Assembly: GCA_030606485.1 (NCBI GenBank) | Contig: JAUWGH010000001.1 | Coordinates: 880,751-912,750 of the forward strand | Direction: 5' to 3' | Length of the DNA stretch: 32,000 nt | From: Promethearchaeota archaeon | Lineage (GTDB): Archaea; Asgardarchaeota; Lokiarchaeia; Sigyniarchaeales; SOKP01 | Shown: piece by piece, positions 1 to 9,740 of the stretch | How positions within the stretch are numbered: the stretch's first letter is position 1 | Layout of the letters: the number at the start of each line of letters is the position of its first letter | The notes under the pieces: model-generated | What the model was told of the DNA's origin: nothing | What the model saw: the letters and a program-made list of their open reading frames with translations, nothing else | Database searches by the model: none | Position numbers and translations under genes: made by a program

Positions 1-1
1 A

Positions 2-181
2 AAAATTGAAAAAAATCGTGGCGTAACACTGTTTATTAAAGGGAAGGATTATTTTTTTGATAATTTTGATAATTTGGACGTTTTCTTAAACCATTTAACA
101 AACAGTTCTAATAACGATGATTTTTCGAGAGTTCTTAAGAGAAGAAATATGCAAAAGGCTCTTAGAACTTTAGCAATTTAA
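2..181 (+). CDS. 3' end of a gene entering from the left edge (partial, 59 codons), product unknown
   Basis: Frame from position 2 is open: KIEKNRGVTLFIKGKDYFFDNFDNLDVFLNHLTNSSNNDDFSRVLKRRNMQKALRTLAI, then TAA at 179-181. A 180-nt stop-free run is unlikely by chance in DNA this AT-rich. Not in the ORF track. Confidence 0.55.
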   Translation, partial: KIEKNRGVTLFIKGKDYFFDNFDNLDVFLNHLTNSSNNDDFSRVLKRRNMQKALRTLAI

Positions 182-362
182 TTAAATTAGAAATAAATTT
201 ATTTTCCTATTTTTTAACAAAAGTTAATACAAATTAAATATTCAATTGGAATTAAATCGAATTAAATACTACATATCATCGATTTAAATACAATAGATTT
301 TATGATTTCTTATTGAAATATATTATATTCTATGAAGTAATATCTTAGATTAACAAAAGATT

Positions 363-887
363 GTGAGGATCTTGAAAATCTCCGAAAAATTTGATGAAAA
401 AGTAATATTAGAAAGAATAAAAATTCTTTTTAAGGAATTTGAGAAAGAGAACATTATGATTAGCATAGCAGAATCATGTACTGGAGGGTATATTTCTCAT
501 ATGATAACAAATATACCAGGAGCATCAAAAGTTTTTGAGCGTGGAGTGATAACATATAGTAACAAATCTAAGAGTGAAATATTGGGTGTAGATCCAGAAA
601 CGATAAAGGAGTTCGGTGCTGCTAGTGATATTGTTGCAAAGCAGATGGCAGAAGGTATTCGGAGAATCTCAAATTCAAAAATAGGAATCGGGATTACGGG
701 TATAGCGGGTCCCACCGGGGGTACGAAATTAAAACCGGTTGGCTTAGTGTATGTTTCATATTCCTTTAAAAATCAAATAATAGTTGATAAATATCATTTT
801 CAGACTAGCCGGATAAAATTTAAGCAAAAAGTTTTAGAAACTATTATTAATCGACTAGAATCTATAGTTCAAGAGGAACTAAAATAA
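363..887 (+). CDS. pncC: CinA C-terminal domain protein / nicotinamide-nucleotide amidase (PncC family)
   Basis: Motifs AESCTGG, GASKVFERGVITYSN, GAASDIVAKQMAEG and ITGIAGPTGG...KPVGLVY are typical of the CinA-C/PncC family. Confidence 0.9.
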   Translation: MRILKISEKFDEKVILERIKILFKEFEKENIMISIAESCTGGYISHMITNIPGASKVFERGVITYSNKSKSEILGVDPETIKEFGAASDIVAKQMAEGIRRISNSKIGIGITGIAGPTGGTKLKPVGLVYVSYSFKNQIIVDKYHFQTSRIKFKQKVLETIINRLESIVQEELK

Positions 888-893
888 GAATTA

Positions 894-1997
894 TTAAAAT
901 TCTCTATTTATACTAAAATTTAATAATTCCATGAAAAATTTTTCATATTTTTTATTTAATCCTGGATAAATTTTCTTTAAAGATACCTTGGCTTGAGAAA
1001 TTAGATTTAAACCAAATTGTTGAGATATTTGTAGGGCGTTTGTTTCATTAATAATCTTCAAAACTTCCTCAATTTCATTTTTATTTAAATCGGGTTTCCC
1101 ATATAATTCATTTAAAATTTTTTGTTGGGCTTCTGTTGTATTCTGGATTGCTATAATATATGGAAATTTTTTCTCGCCATGCATTATATCTTTCTCTAGG
1201 TCTAAAATGTCGTCTCTAATAGAATGTATTTGACCTAATTTTAACATAAAATCTGATAATGGATGAATTTGATAATTGAAATTACCTTTTGCAAGAATTG
1301 CACCGATTTTTGCCGATTTTTCAAATAATCTTGCAGTTTTTAACTCTGCAATATTTAAGTACTGTTCCAAAGTCATAGTGATTTTATTCCAAAACATGTA
1401 TTCTTCAATAATTAATCCTTTATTTATTGAATTAAATGCTTCATTGTACTCAGCAAGTGCCTTGAATTTTATTTCATTCTCAAACTTTGAATTAAAAATA
1501 ATCTGGGAACCTAAAAAATAGGTTATATTTCCTCCTAGAATTGCCATAACGACTCCGAATTCTCGAGCAGATTCTTCTTTATTAGGAAAGTCTTTATCAG
1601 TATATGTTTCTAATAGTTGATTTGTCCACCTAACATGAAAAGAAGGAAATCCTCTTCGTATCATATCCTTGTCAATAAGATCATCATGAATAATTTTTGC
1701 ATTATGAAGAAATTCAACAGAGAGCGCGACAGATAAAATTTTATCTGCCATTTCTTCTATATAGTGAGGATTTGCAATTCCTAAAAATGATGCAATTAAA
1801 ATTATAGGATGTAATCTTTTTGGTCTTTTATTTGGGGGTAATATGTAATCTTTTACTTTTTTAATGAAATCATATAGTAATGTGTTTTGAATTGATTCTG
1901 ATTTTAATATATCTAAGAAATATTTTTCTAATTCTAAATCGACTTTATTTTTCTCTTCTTTAAAATATTGTTCTAAAAAGTTTTGTGATTTGCTCAT
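894..1997 (-). CDS. Polyprenyl diphosphate synthase family protein (trans-IPPS fold) with atypical motifs
   Basis: KRLHP (canonical KRxRP), first Asp-rich motif HDDLID followed by RRG, KT motif (LKTA) and second motif RDDILD. Confidence 0.88.
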   Translation of the reverse strand: MSKSQNFLEQYFKEEKNKVDLELEKYFLDILKSESIQNTLLYDFIKKVKDYILPPNKRPKRLHPIILIASFLGIANPHYIEEMADKILSVALSVEFLHNAKIIHDDLIDKDMIRRGFPSFHVRWTNQLLETYTDKDFPNKEESAREFGVVMAILGGNITYFLGSQIIFNSKFENEIKFKALAEYNEAFNSINKGLIIEEYMFWNKITMTLEQYLNIAELKTARLFEKSAKIGAILAKGNFNYQIHPLSDFMLKLGQIHSIRDDILDLEKDIMHGEKKFPYIIAIQNTTEAQQKILNELYGKPDLNKNEIEEVLKIINETNALQISQQFGLNLISQAKVSLKKIYPGLNKKYEKFFMELLNFSINREF

Positions 1998-2251
1998 CTC
2001 TAAACTCTTACTTAAATAATTATTAATTAAATTTTTTCATCATAATTAAAATATAGGCACTTAATCCTTTTATAAAATAATAAAAATTCTTAAATTTATT
2101 TAGTTCCTCCTACCTTAAAGAATTATTTTCGATAAATTTTGAGTTATTTGTCAAAAATTAAAATGGAATTACTTTTTTATTGAAATGACATTGTAAATTA
2201 TATAATTATTAATAAATGTTATATTTTTAATAAAAGAAGGTGTTTGATAAT

Positions 2252-2758
2252 ATGAAATTGGGAGTTATTTCTGATTCACATGATAATTTAAACATGATTA
2301 AAAAAGCAGTAAATATTTTGAATAAAGAAAATATTGATTTCTTGATACACTGTGGGGATATCATCTCTCCTTTTATTTCAACAGTTTTTGAAGGGTTAAA
2401 TGAAAAAATAAAAAATGGAAATTTTTATGGAGTTTTTGGTAATAACGATGGAGATCTTTTATATTTAATAGAAAAGTTAGGAAAGATTTGTAAACTCAAC
2501 GGTTATGAAGCAATTTTAGAATTAGCTGGGAAGAAAATATATGTTTCTCATGGTCCAGATCCTTTAGTTATTAAAAGTCTAGCAAAATCTGGTGAATTTG
2601 ATATTATTGCAACAGGTCATACTCATGATCATAAAATTGAAACAATTAATAATACATTAGTTATAAATCCAGGAGAATTATGTGGATATCTAACTGGAAA
2701 AGCTACATTGGTAATTGTAGATTTAGAGACAATGGAGCCCCGATTAATAGAAATATAG
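2252..2758 (+). CDS. Metallophosphoesterase / phosphodiesterase (YfcE/MJ0936 family, calcineurin-like fold)
   Basis: Motifs SDSHDN, HCGD, GNND, SHG, GHTH and NPG. ATG 2252 is preferred to GTG 2240 because AGGTG (2238-2242) lies at ribosome-binding-site spacing from it. Confidence 0.9.
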   Translation: MKLGVISDSHDNLNMIKKAVNILNKENIDFLIHCGDIISPFISTVFEGLNEKIKNGNFYGVFGNNDGDLLYLIEKLGKICKLNGYEAILELAGKKIYVSHGPDPLVIKSLAKSGEFDIIATGHTHDHKIETINNTLVINPGELCGYLTGKATLVIVDLETMEPRLIEI

Positions 2759-2777
2759 TTTAATATGGATTCAAAAT

Positions 2778-3980
2778 TTAAATTACTCCATTTATTTTAA
2801 ATTTATGTATTTCTTCATCGGAATAATTTAATGTTTTAAGAATTTCCTTTGTATGTTGACCTACTTTAGGAGGCAGACTTCTTATTTTCAGGGGTGTTCT
2901 TGAAAATTTTATCGGAGAAGCAATATTTTTAATTTTTCCTAATTTTGGATGGTCTAATTCGACCACCATATTTCGAGCGATAATCTGAGAGTCATCACAT
3001 GCTTCAGCAAAATTTTTTACGGGCATAATACATGTATCAAAATTTTTAAAATGTTCTAACCATTCTTCTTGAGTTTTTGTTAAGAATTTTTCTTGAATTT
3101 TTTCAAATACTTCTTCTTTTTCCAGACCTTGAGGGAACTGTTTTAGTTTTAAATCGGATAACCCCAATCCTTCACATAAGTTATTCCAAAACTTTATCTC
3201 TATTACACCTATAGACAAATATTTATTATCTTTAGTTTTATATACAGAATAAAATGGAAAATCACCTTGTATTAGGGATAGAGTTGCTAAATTCTGAGAA
3301 AAATGATATGCTGCTGACATTGGCATAAAAGAAAAGACACAATCTAACATTGAAATATCAATATATTGACCTTTTCTTTCTGAATTTTTTGCTCTTTCAA
3401 TAATTGCGGATAAGATACCTATAGCAGATACCAAACCACCTCCAATATCTGCAGCTTGAATTCCTGGGACTATAGGTTTTCTTTCTCGATTTGGTTGAGT
3501 TTCAATTCTTCTATCTTTATTTAAATCTAAAATACCACAAATACTGATATAATTTAAATCATGACCCGCAAGTTGTTCATAAGGACCATCCTGACCGTAA
3601 CCAGTTAATGAGCAGTAAATAATTGATGGATTAATTGAAGATAAAGTGTCATAATCAATTTTTAATTTATTTGTTACTTTCGGTCTAAAAGTTTCTAAAA
3701 TAATATCTGCCCGTTTTACTAACTCATAGAAGATTTCCCTTGCCTTTTCTTTCTTTAAATTAAGAGTAATTGATTTTTTATTACGCATTAAAATAGAATT
3801 AAAAGCGCTTTCTCGATATCTTCCTTTTTGATGAAATGGAGGAGGGTTTGAATAGGCATAATTAGGATCTACTACATGAATAACTTCTGCTCCCATGTCA
3901 CCCAAAATCATAGTACAATAAGGTCCTGGGAGCATTCTAGATAGATCTAAAACCTTAATCCCATCTAAAGGTAAAGTCAT
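2778..3980 (-). CDS. CoA-transferase family III (CaiB/BaiF, alpha-methylacyl-CoA racemase-like)
   Basis: LDGIKVLDLSR.LPGP.C..ILGD.GAEVI, RNKKSITLNLK, E.FRP, GYGQDGPY...AGHD.NY and the catalytic Asp in QAAD. Confidence 0.93.
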   Translation of the reverse strand: MTLPLDGIKVLDLSRMLPGPYCTMILGDMGAEVIHVVDPNYAYSNPPPFHQKGRYRESAFNSILMRNKKSITLNLKKEKAREIFYELVKRADIILETFRPKVTNKLKIDYDTLSSINPSIIYCSLTGYGQDGPYEQLAGHDLNYISICGILDLNKDRRIETQPNRERKPIVPGIQAADIGGGLVSAIGILSAIIERAKNSERKGQYIDISMLDCVFSFMPMSAAYHFSQNLATLSLIQGDFPFYSVYKTKDNKYLSIGVIEIKFWNNLCEGLGLSDLKLKQFPQGLEKEEVFEKIQEKFLTKTQEEWLEHFKNFDTCIMPVKNFAEACDDSQIIARNMVVELDHPKLGKIKNIASPIKFSRTPLKIRSLPPKVGQHTKEILKTLNYSDEEIHKFKINGVI

Positions 3981-4133
3981 AATAATTAATTATTAAAATA
4001 CATGGTTTTTATGTTTTCTCTATTTTTAAGAACGTAAATTTATTGAAATATTAAATATTTAAAAAGAATTCATCTAATAAAATGAGATTTTTATCCAAAA
4101 GATTGGCTATGCAATTCAAAATGTTCTAAAAAT

Positions 4134-5111
4134 TTATAGTAGAATCACGATTACTCCCGTTATTGTCAATATAACACCTAAAAATCCTTTTTTTGAAATT
4201 TTTTCGCCATTAATTAAATAATCTAGTGGAAGTGCGAATAAAGGACTTGCACTTGCTATTATGGCTATAAAGGTAGCTCCTGCTTTTCGAACTGCTTCAG
4301 TATATAGAAAAGCACCTATTGAAGTACCTATAATAGAACCAATAATTAACCAATACCACATTTGGGTAGACTTATTTTTTCGATGGGATGATTTAATTTT
4401 GGTCTGAATATGCTCTTCTCTCCATATAATTAAAGTTAAAATCAAAAAAATGAATGGAAATCGGATTACATTTCCAATAATAGAGCTGAATGCTTCTATT
4501 TGTAGGATACGGTCAATTTCATTCAGAGCGTATTCAATTAATACAGCACCAATTGCCCAACCTAATGATGCTATCAAACCAAAAATAATTGTTGGTGAAA
4601 ATGTTCGTGAATTGATTTCAAAATTGTTAAAATCCTTGGAAACTGAAGTTTGATCCCCATTAGAAACATTGACATCCTCCAGATTAATTTTAGAGGTCGC
4701 AATAATTACAACCCCAATCCCAATGAAAAGAATTGAAATAATTATTCTAATATCAAACGGATAGTCAAGAAATATCATTGATATGATAAATGTAAATAGT
4801 GGAAATGTCATTGAAATAGATAAAGCTTTTGCGGTCCCCAACTCTTTTTGAGCCTTAAGGTATGATGTATCACCAATGACTTGTCCGAAAATAAAACTCA
4901 AGATTAATATGAACCATAAAGTCAAAGGGAGCAAAAAAATATGAAAAAATACTTCAAATACTAAAGCTAAAATGATAAATGTTAAAGTTCCAATCCCTGT
5001 GCGAAAAAAATTTATAAAAGAAGGAGATGCTTCATGTTCAGTTTTTCTAAATAGAATGTTAGATATTACAAAAGTAAGTACAGCAAAAATTGCAAATAAT
5101 TCACCGGTCAT
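4134..5111 (-). CDS. DMT superfamily (EamA-type) transporter, about 10 TM helices
   Basis: Two hydrophobic repeats with EamA-like motifs: SYLKAQKELGTAKA.SISMTFPLF and FLYTEAVRKAGATFIAIIASASPLFA...GEKIS. Confidence 0.88.
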   Translation of the reverse strand: MTGELFAIFAVLTFVISNILFRKTEHEASPSFINFFRTGIGTLTFIILALVFEVFFHIFLLPLTLWFILILSFIFGQVIGDTSYLKAQKELGTAKALSISMTFPLFTFIISMIFLDYPFDIRIIISILFIGIGVVIIATSKINLEDVNVSNGDQTSVSKDFNNFEINSRTFSPTIIFGLIASLGWAIGAVLIEYALNEIDRILQIEAFSSIIGNVIRFPFIFLILTLIIWREEHIQTKIKSSHRKNKSTQMWYWLIIGSIIGTSIGAFLYTEAVRKAGATFIAIIASASPLFALPLDYLINGEKISKKGFLGVILTITGVIVILL

Positions 5112-5276
5112 TATTTCTTTTGGTACTGGATTGCTTAAATTTATTCCTAATGATTAATTAAATATAAGAAACTGAAAAATAGAACTGAATCTAAAATACC
5201 TTTAAATAATTTTATTTATAATAACAAATTTGTATTATTTTATTAGAATAAAAGATTCTTTCATGGAAGATTTGTT

Positions 5277-6824
5277 ATGAGTAAGAAAGCAGAAGAACCT
5301 ATGAAAAATAACGAAAATGAGGAGGAAGAAAGCGAAAAACCAATTGTAGTTAAAGCTGAAGCTTATAAAACGATTATATTATATGCAAGCAGATATGCTA
5401 ACCAAGCAATACCTCCAGCCGAATGGAAAGAGATCTATGGAATTTTAGTTGGGCATATTACTGATGCTGTAGTTATTGTTGAAAGAGCTGAAGCTCTCAC
5501 ATTTGGGCATAGCACCGATGTTCAATTAGATGAAAGACATTATGGTTTTATTGAATCTATTGAAAATAAATTATATGAAGAAAACCAAGGTCGTTTTATT
5601 GTGGGTTGGTTTCATAGTCACCCTGGTTTAGGACTGTTTTATTCATATGTTGATTTAATAAATCACATCGGCTTTCAAGGGAAAAATAGAGATGCTTGTG
5701 GATTGGTTTTTGATCATACTTTGTTGGGGAAAAAGAAAAGAGAAAAAGTTACTAATTCAGAACATATGATTACCAAATATGACACTGGGTTTGAAATATA
5801 TCGAATGAATGATGTAAATATGGATATCAATGATCCTGGATTCGAAAATAATTATCATAAAGTTGATTATTTTATTGATGGATTGAATAAATTCTTTTTT
5901 GCGAATGTGATGACTGAACTTTCATCTTTAGTTACAAGCGGAAAACCTTTACAATCAGCATATGGAGAAAATGTTTCCAGTTATACACCGCAATTCACTC
6001 ATCATCCAGAAGAAATCCATGAATATTTAAATAAAGAATCAGATATTTATCGCAAAAATATTTCTCAAGAAACTATGCCTGAATTAAACGAAATTCCTTT
6101 AGAGATAAACGGAGAATTTGAAATGAAAGATATTTTTCGTGACGCCCCTGAAATTATGCAGTCAGAGAAACATGACAACTCTCAAAAATTGAAAATGGCT
6201 GATGAATTATTTTTTGAGGGGAATCAAGCATTCAGACAAAAAAATTCATTTGAAGGAGTTGAAAAATATAAAAAAGGTTTGAAAATTCTTAAAGATATTA
6301 ATAAAATTGACAAGGTAATGGAATATTTGAGCAAATTAAGTGAAAATTGTTTACATAATAACCATTATCCATTAGCTGAACAAAATTCTGAAGAACTATT
6401 TAAAATTGCTGAATCTAATGGATCTTTATTCTATATGGCAGGATCTAAATATATAATTGGTTTTATTAAAATAATAAAAAATTCCATAAAGGAAGGATTA
6501 GAAGACATCCAACAAGCTGCTATATTCTATGAAAATACTATGGATTTTTATGGAACAGGTTTATGCAATCAAAAAATTGCGGCAATTTATTCTACTCATC
6601 TAAAAGATATTGATAGGGCTTCTCTATTTTTTCTTGAAGCATTAAAAAATTTTAATAAAGCTCTTGAAAAGATTCATCCATTAAGAATAACAGTTTGGGA
6701 TAGTCCAAAACACATTATGGAAAGAATTAATAATCTAAAAGAAACTATTAAAAAAAATCTAAATCAGATAACCGACCTAAATGTTAAAAGTAAAATTGAA
6801 TCAGAACTAAAAAATTTCGAATAA
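5277..6824 (+). CDS. MPN+/JAMM metalloprotease domain (Rpn11/CSN5-like) fused to a C-terminal TPR-like helical region
   Basis: EIYGILVG supplies the Glu (5430). GWFHSHPGLGLFYSYVD gives an intact H-x-H-x7-S-x2-D JAMM motif (5613-5654). The C-terminal ~210 aa show A/G/Y/L-patterned helical repeats. Confidence 0.85.
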   Translation: MSKKAEEPMKNNENEEEESEKPIVVKAEAYKTIILYASRYANQAIPPAEWKEIYGILVGHITDAVVIVERAEALTFGHSTDVQLDERHYGFIESIENKLYEENQGRFIVGWFHSHPGLGLFYSYVDLINHIGFQGKNRDACGLVFDHTLLGKKKREKVTNSEHMITKYDTGFEIYRMNDVNMDINDPGFENNYHKVDYFIDGLNKFFFANVMTELSSLVTSGKPLQSAYGENVSSYTPQFTHHPEEIHEYLNKESDIYRKNISQETMPELNEIPLEINGEFEMKDIFRDAPEIMQSEKHDNSQKLKMADELFFEGNQAFRQKNSFEGVEKYKKGLKILKDINKIDKVMEYLSKLSENCLHNNHYPLAEQNSEELFKIAESNGSLFYMAGSKYIIGFIKIIKNSIKEGLEDIQQAAIFYENTMDFYGTGLCNQKIAAIYSTHLKDIDRASLFFLEALKNFNKALEKIHPLRITVWDSPKHIMERINNLKETIKKNLNQITDLNVKSKIESELKNFE

Positions 6825-6924
6825 TTATTTTATGAGATAGCCATTTTTCATTTAAAAAAAATTAAATTTAATGGTTAATTGTTATAATTTAAAGTATTTT
6901 TTTATTTAAACAAACTAATTCTTT

Positions 6925-7581
6925 GTGATTTTTATTCCTAGAAGAAAAACAAAAATAAAGTTTAAGAGAAAGATTGCTTGTATCCATCTTGAACCAGCAG
7001 GAGATGTGTCTAATTGCTTACAACCATTATGTATTTGTTCAACAAGAGATTTAATGCTAGGATCTCATGGTTCTTCAGGTGCATATGTATGTCAGGTATG
7101 TGAAGATTATGACCCGAATTCAAATGTAACATTCAATGAAGTATATAAAAAAAGCAAAAAGATTGCTGAGAAAAAAATTCCAATAGTAAAAGAAATAGAA
7201 ATTAAAGAGTTAGAAGTTGAATTATTAGAAGATATTGATTTGGATGTAAGTGAATTCGAAGAAGAGGAGGATGAAGAGTCGAAGGCAATTAAATTTAAAA
7301 AACGCTCAAAAGGAACTTCAAAAGGAAGTAAAAAAGAAATTAATGAGATGCTTACATCGGAGTGCCCTTATTGCGGCGAATTTTTTGAAGATCTATCTGC
7401 TCATAAGGCTATTTGTGAATTTGCTCCTTCTAAAAGTAAGATGATAAAAACTAGAGGAAGAAAACCCAAACCTCCAACTGAAAAACCAAAAGATGAACAG
7501 AAAGGGGAGGTATGTCCTTATTGTGGGAAAACTTTTTTGAGATTAAGCAGGCATAAATGTAAAAAAGCTCCAAAGAAGTAA
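6925..7581 (+). CDS. Multi-zinc-finger protein: Cys-rich N-terminus, charged linker, two C2HC-type fingers
   Basis: CIH...C....CIC...CQVC at the N-terminus, an acidic tract (EFEEEEDEE) and Lys-rich linkers, then CPYCGEFFEDLSAHKAIC and CPYCGKTFLRLSRHKC. The GTG start is uncertain. Confidence 0.75.
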   Translation: MIFIPRRKTKIKFKRKIACIHLEPAGDVSNCLQPLCICSTRDLMLGSHGSSGAYVCQVCEDYDPNSNVTFNEVYKKSKKIAEKKIPIVKEIEIKELEVELLEDIDLDVSEFEEEEDEESKAIKFKKRSKGTSKGSKKEINEMLTSECPYCGEFFEDLSAHKAICEFAPSKSKMIKTRGRKPKPPTEKPKDEQKGEVCPYCGKTFLRLSRHKCKKAPKK

Positions 7582-7642
7582 ACTTACAATATAAATCTCG
7601 ATTTCATCAAAAGTCAATAAAAAATAAATTTTAAAGATTAAG

Positions 7643-8563
7643 ATGTCTAATCAAGAGAGTATTTATTACTGCCATCCAGTCTTTAGACCTCCTTCAGAAG
7701 CATATTCTCTTTTGATTCAAGCAACTGAAGGCTGTTCATTTCGGTGTACTTTCTGTATGTCAAACTTACGTAAGAAATTCATAATCAGAGACACTAAAGA
7801 TATAAAGAAAGATTTGGATGTTGGAAGAAAAATTCATGGACCCAATATAAAAAAGATTTTCTTCTTGGATGGAAACGCAATGGTAATGTCCACGGAAAGA
7901 TTATTAGAAATAACAAAGTATGCAAGAAGATTATTTCCATTTGTAAGATGTGGAGTATACGCTCACGCGAAAGATATTCTTAAGAAGTCTGATGAGGAAT
8001 TGAGAGAATTAAATAAGGCAGGTTTAGGAATTGCCTATGTTGGATTCGAGTCTGGATACGATAAATTACTTAAAATGATGAATAAGCATACAACTAAGGA
8101 AGAGCTAATTTCAGCGAGTAAAAAATTAATGAAATCAGGTATTACACTTTCTGCAACATTAATATTAGGGTTAGGGGGTGATAATAAAGATTTATCTGAA
8201 CTCTCTGCCATCAATTCTGCGAACTTAGTAAATAAAATCTGCCCAGATGATGGCACACTTTGGTATATTGCTTGTTTAACTCTTATGGTACCTCCCGGTA
8301 CTGAACTCTTTAAAAAAAAAGTAAAAAATGAATTTCACGAGATGGGAACTTTAGATATTTTAAAAGAATTATATCAATTTATTGAAAATATTAATTTTAA
8401 GAATAATCCTAATGCAAATTGCGTTTTTCGTACTAACCACGCTTCTAATTATTTACCTATAGGAGGTATTTTAGATCAAGATAAATTTAAAATTCTTAAA
8501 ACCATAAAAAAGGGTATAGAAAATCCGAGTATTTTGAGACCCGAATCCTATCGTGCATTATAA
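7643..8563 (+). CDS. Radical SAM protein of unknown substrate
   Basis: CxxxCxxC motif CSFRCTFC in the context RPPSEAYSLLIQAT.GC, plus FLDGNA, YVGFESG and FRTNHASNYL. Confidence 0.92.
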   Translation: MSNQESIYYCHPVFRPPSEAYSLLIQATEGCSFRCTFCMSNLRKKFIIRDTKDIKKDLDVGRKIHGPNIKKIFFLDGNAMVMSTERLLEITKYARRLFPFVRCGVYAHAKDILKKSDEELRELNKAGLGIAYVGFESGYDKLLKMMNKHTTKEELISASKKLMKSGITLSATLILGLGGDNKDLSELSAINSANLVNKICPDDGTLWYIACLTLMVPPGTELFKKKVKNEFHEMGTLDILKELYQFIENINFKNNPNANCVFRTNHASNYLPIGGILDQDKFKILKTIKKGIENPSILRPESYRAL

Positions 8564-8598
8564 ATAGGGTTTATAATTTGATTAAATATTTTATTCCT

Positions 8599-9339
8599 CT
8601 ATTCTTCAAAAATTACAGTTTTAGTTTCTTTTATATAAACTCTTATCCATGAATCTTTTTCCTTAATCATTTTTTTAATAATTTTTTCAAGCTCATATTC
8701 ATTAATTAGGCATTCTTGGCTCAAGTCATAGAGGGACATTATATCCGAGGAAGCTCCGACTTCATTTACTTTCTTTTTTACTAATTCTGATTGTAATTTT
8801 TCAAAAAAGTTACTAAAAATGTTAAGTTTATCAGATTTAGCTTTCAAAATCAAGGAACTGGTTGTTTCAATAACCTGGTTATAATTTAAGAAATTATATA
8901 TTCCTAAGAGTTCATACGATTTTTTAATATAATCTAAAATAAGATTAATTTTTTGATTGATATCTTCTAGAAGTGATTTGTTTTTTTCCTTTAGAATTTG
9001 ATTTTTAATAGATACATATTTTTTTAACACTTCTTCTAAATTTTCAGGATTAAGGGTTATATAATTCATATTTAATAATTTAATTTCATAAGAATTGCGG
9101 AATTCTAGGATTTTTTGATTTATTAATTCATTTAATTCATTAAATCTCTGTAAGTAGGGCCCCAATCCAAAATCTTTATTTTCTCTGCGTAGTGTTAAGG
9201 CAGATTGACATTTATTTAAAGCAGATAGTAAATCATTTTCTGATAACTTTCGCTCAATAAAATTTTGATAAAAATTTAACTTTTGTTCGATATCTTTTTT
9301 ACTTTTAAATTCTTTCGTTAACTCTCTAAAATATTTCAT
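8599..9339 (-). CDS. Helical protein with C-terminal winged-helix, PCI-domain-like
   Basis: The C-terminal IMSLYDLSQECLINEYELEKIIKKMIKEKDSWIRVYIKETKTVIF matches by eye the PCI pattern isl..la..l.l...evE..i..mI......a.id.....v.f. The N-terminal part appears all-helical. Confidence 0.55.
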   Translation of the reverse strand: MKYFRELTKEFKSKKDIEQKLNFYQNFIERKLSENDLLSALNKCQSALTLRRENKDFGLGPYLQRFNELNELINQKILEFRNSYEIKLLNMNYITLNPENLEEVLKKYVSIKNQILKEKNKSLLEDINQKINLILDYIKKSYELLGIYNFLNYNQVIETTSSLILKAKSDKLNIFSNFFEKLQSELVKKKVNEVGASSDIMSLYDLSQECLINEYELEKIIKKMIKEKDSWIRVYIKETKTVIFEE

Positions 9340-9740
9340 AGAACCCTTACTACCTTTTATTATCTTATACTTATCTAAATTAAAAAATTTTTAACCCAAT
9401 TGTAATATAATAGTTTAAAAATATCTCCCTTATAATACTTAATGTTTTTCAAATATATATAATTTATATTTCTAGTTTAATAGAATATGATATTTGAGCA
9501 ATTGATTATTTTATATTTATAGTTTTCTTAGTAATCACTTTTAATAGATCTTAAAATAAAGTAAAAGAAAAGACCAGAAGAAGTTTTATTGGATTAATAA
9601 AGTGATATTTTCCATAAATTTATAAAATTATTATAGTTTACATTTTTCTATAAATCGATTTTTATCTTTTTATAAATTGAAATTGAATAATATATAAATT
9701 TAATAACCGTATTTATAATTAATTTAGGTGAAAGTGAAAA

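Noticed and set aside
252-287. 9-bp inverted repeat TTAAATCGA-N18-TCGATTTAA upstream of pncC, and a similar 8-bp repeat at 16573-16611
   Set aside because: Short AT-rich inverted repeats are expected by chance, and I found no second occurrence of either motif.
2252-2758. Vps29 (retromer) assignment, tempting in an Asgard-like context
   Set aside because: All metal-binding motifs of ordinary YfcE/MJ0936 phosphodiesterases are intact, and nothing visible distinguishes it as Vps29-specific. A phylogeny would be needed.
9487-9597. Possible decayed small membrane-protein gene in the 400-bp intergenic gap (ATG ATA TTT GAG CAA TTG ATT ATT...)
   Set aside because: Stops after 11 codons, and extending it needs several frameshifts. 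Hydrophobic-looking translation is expected from AT-rich DNA.
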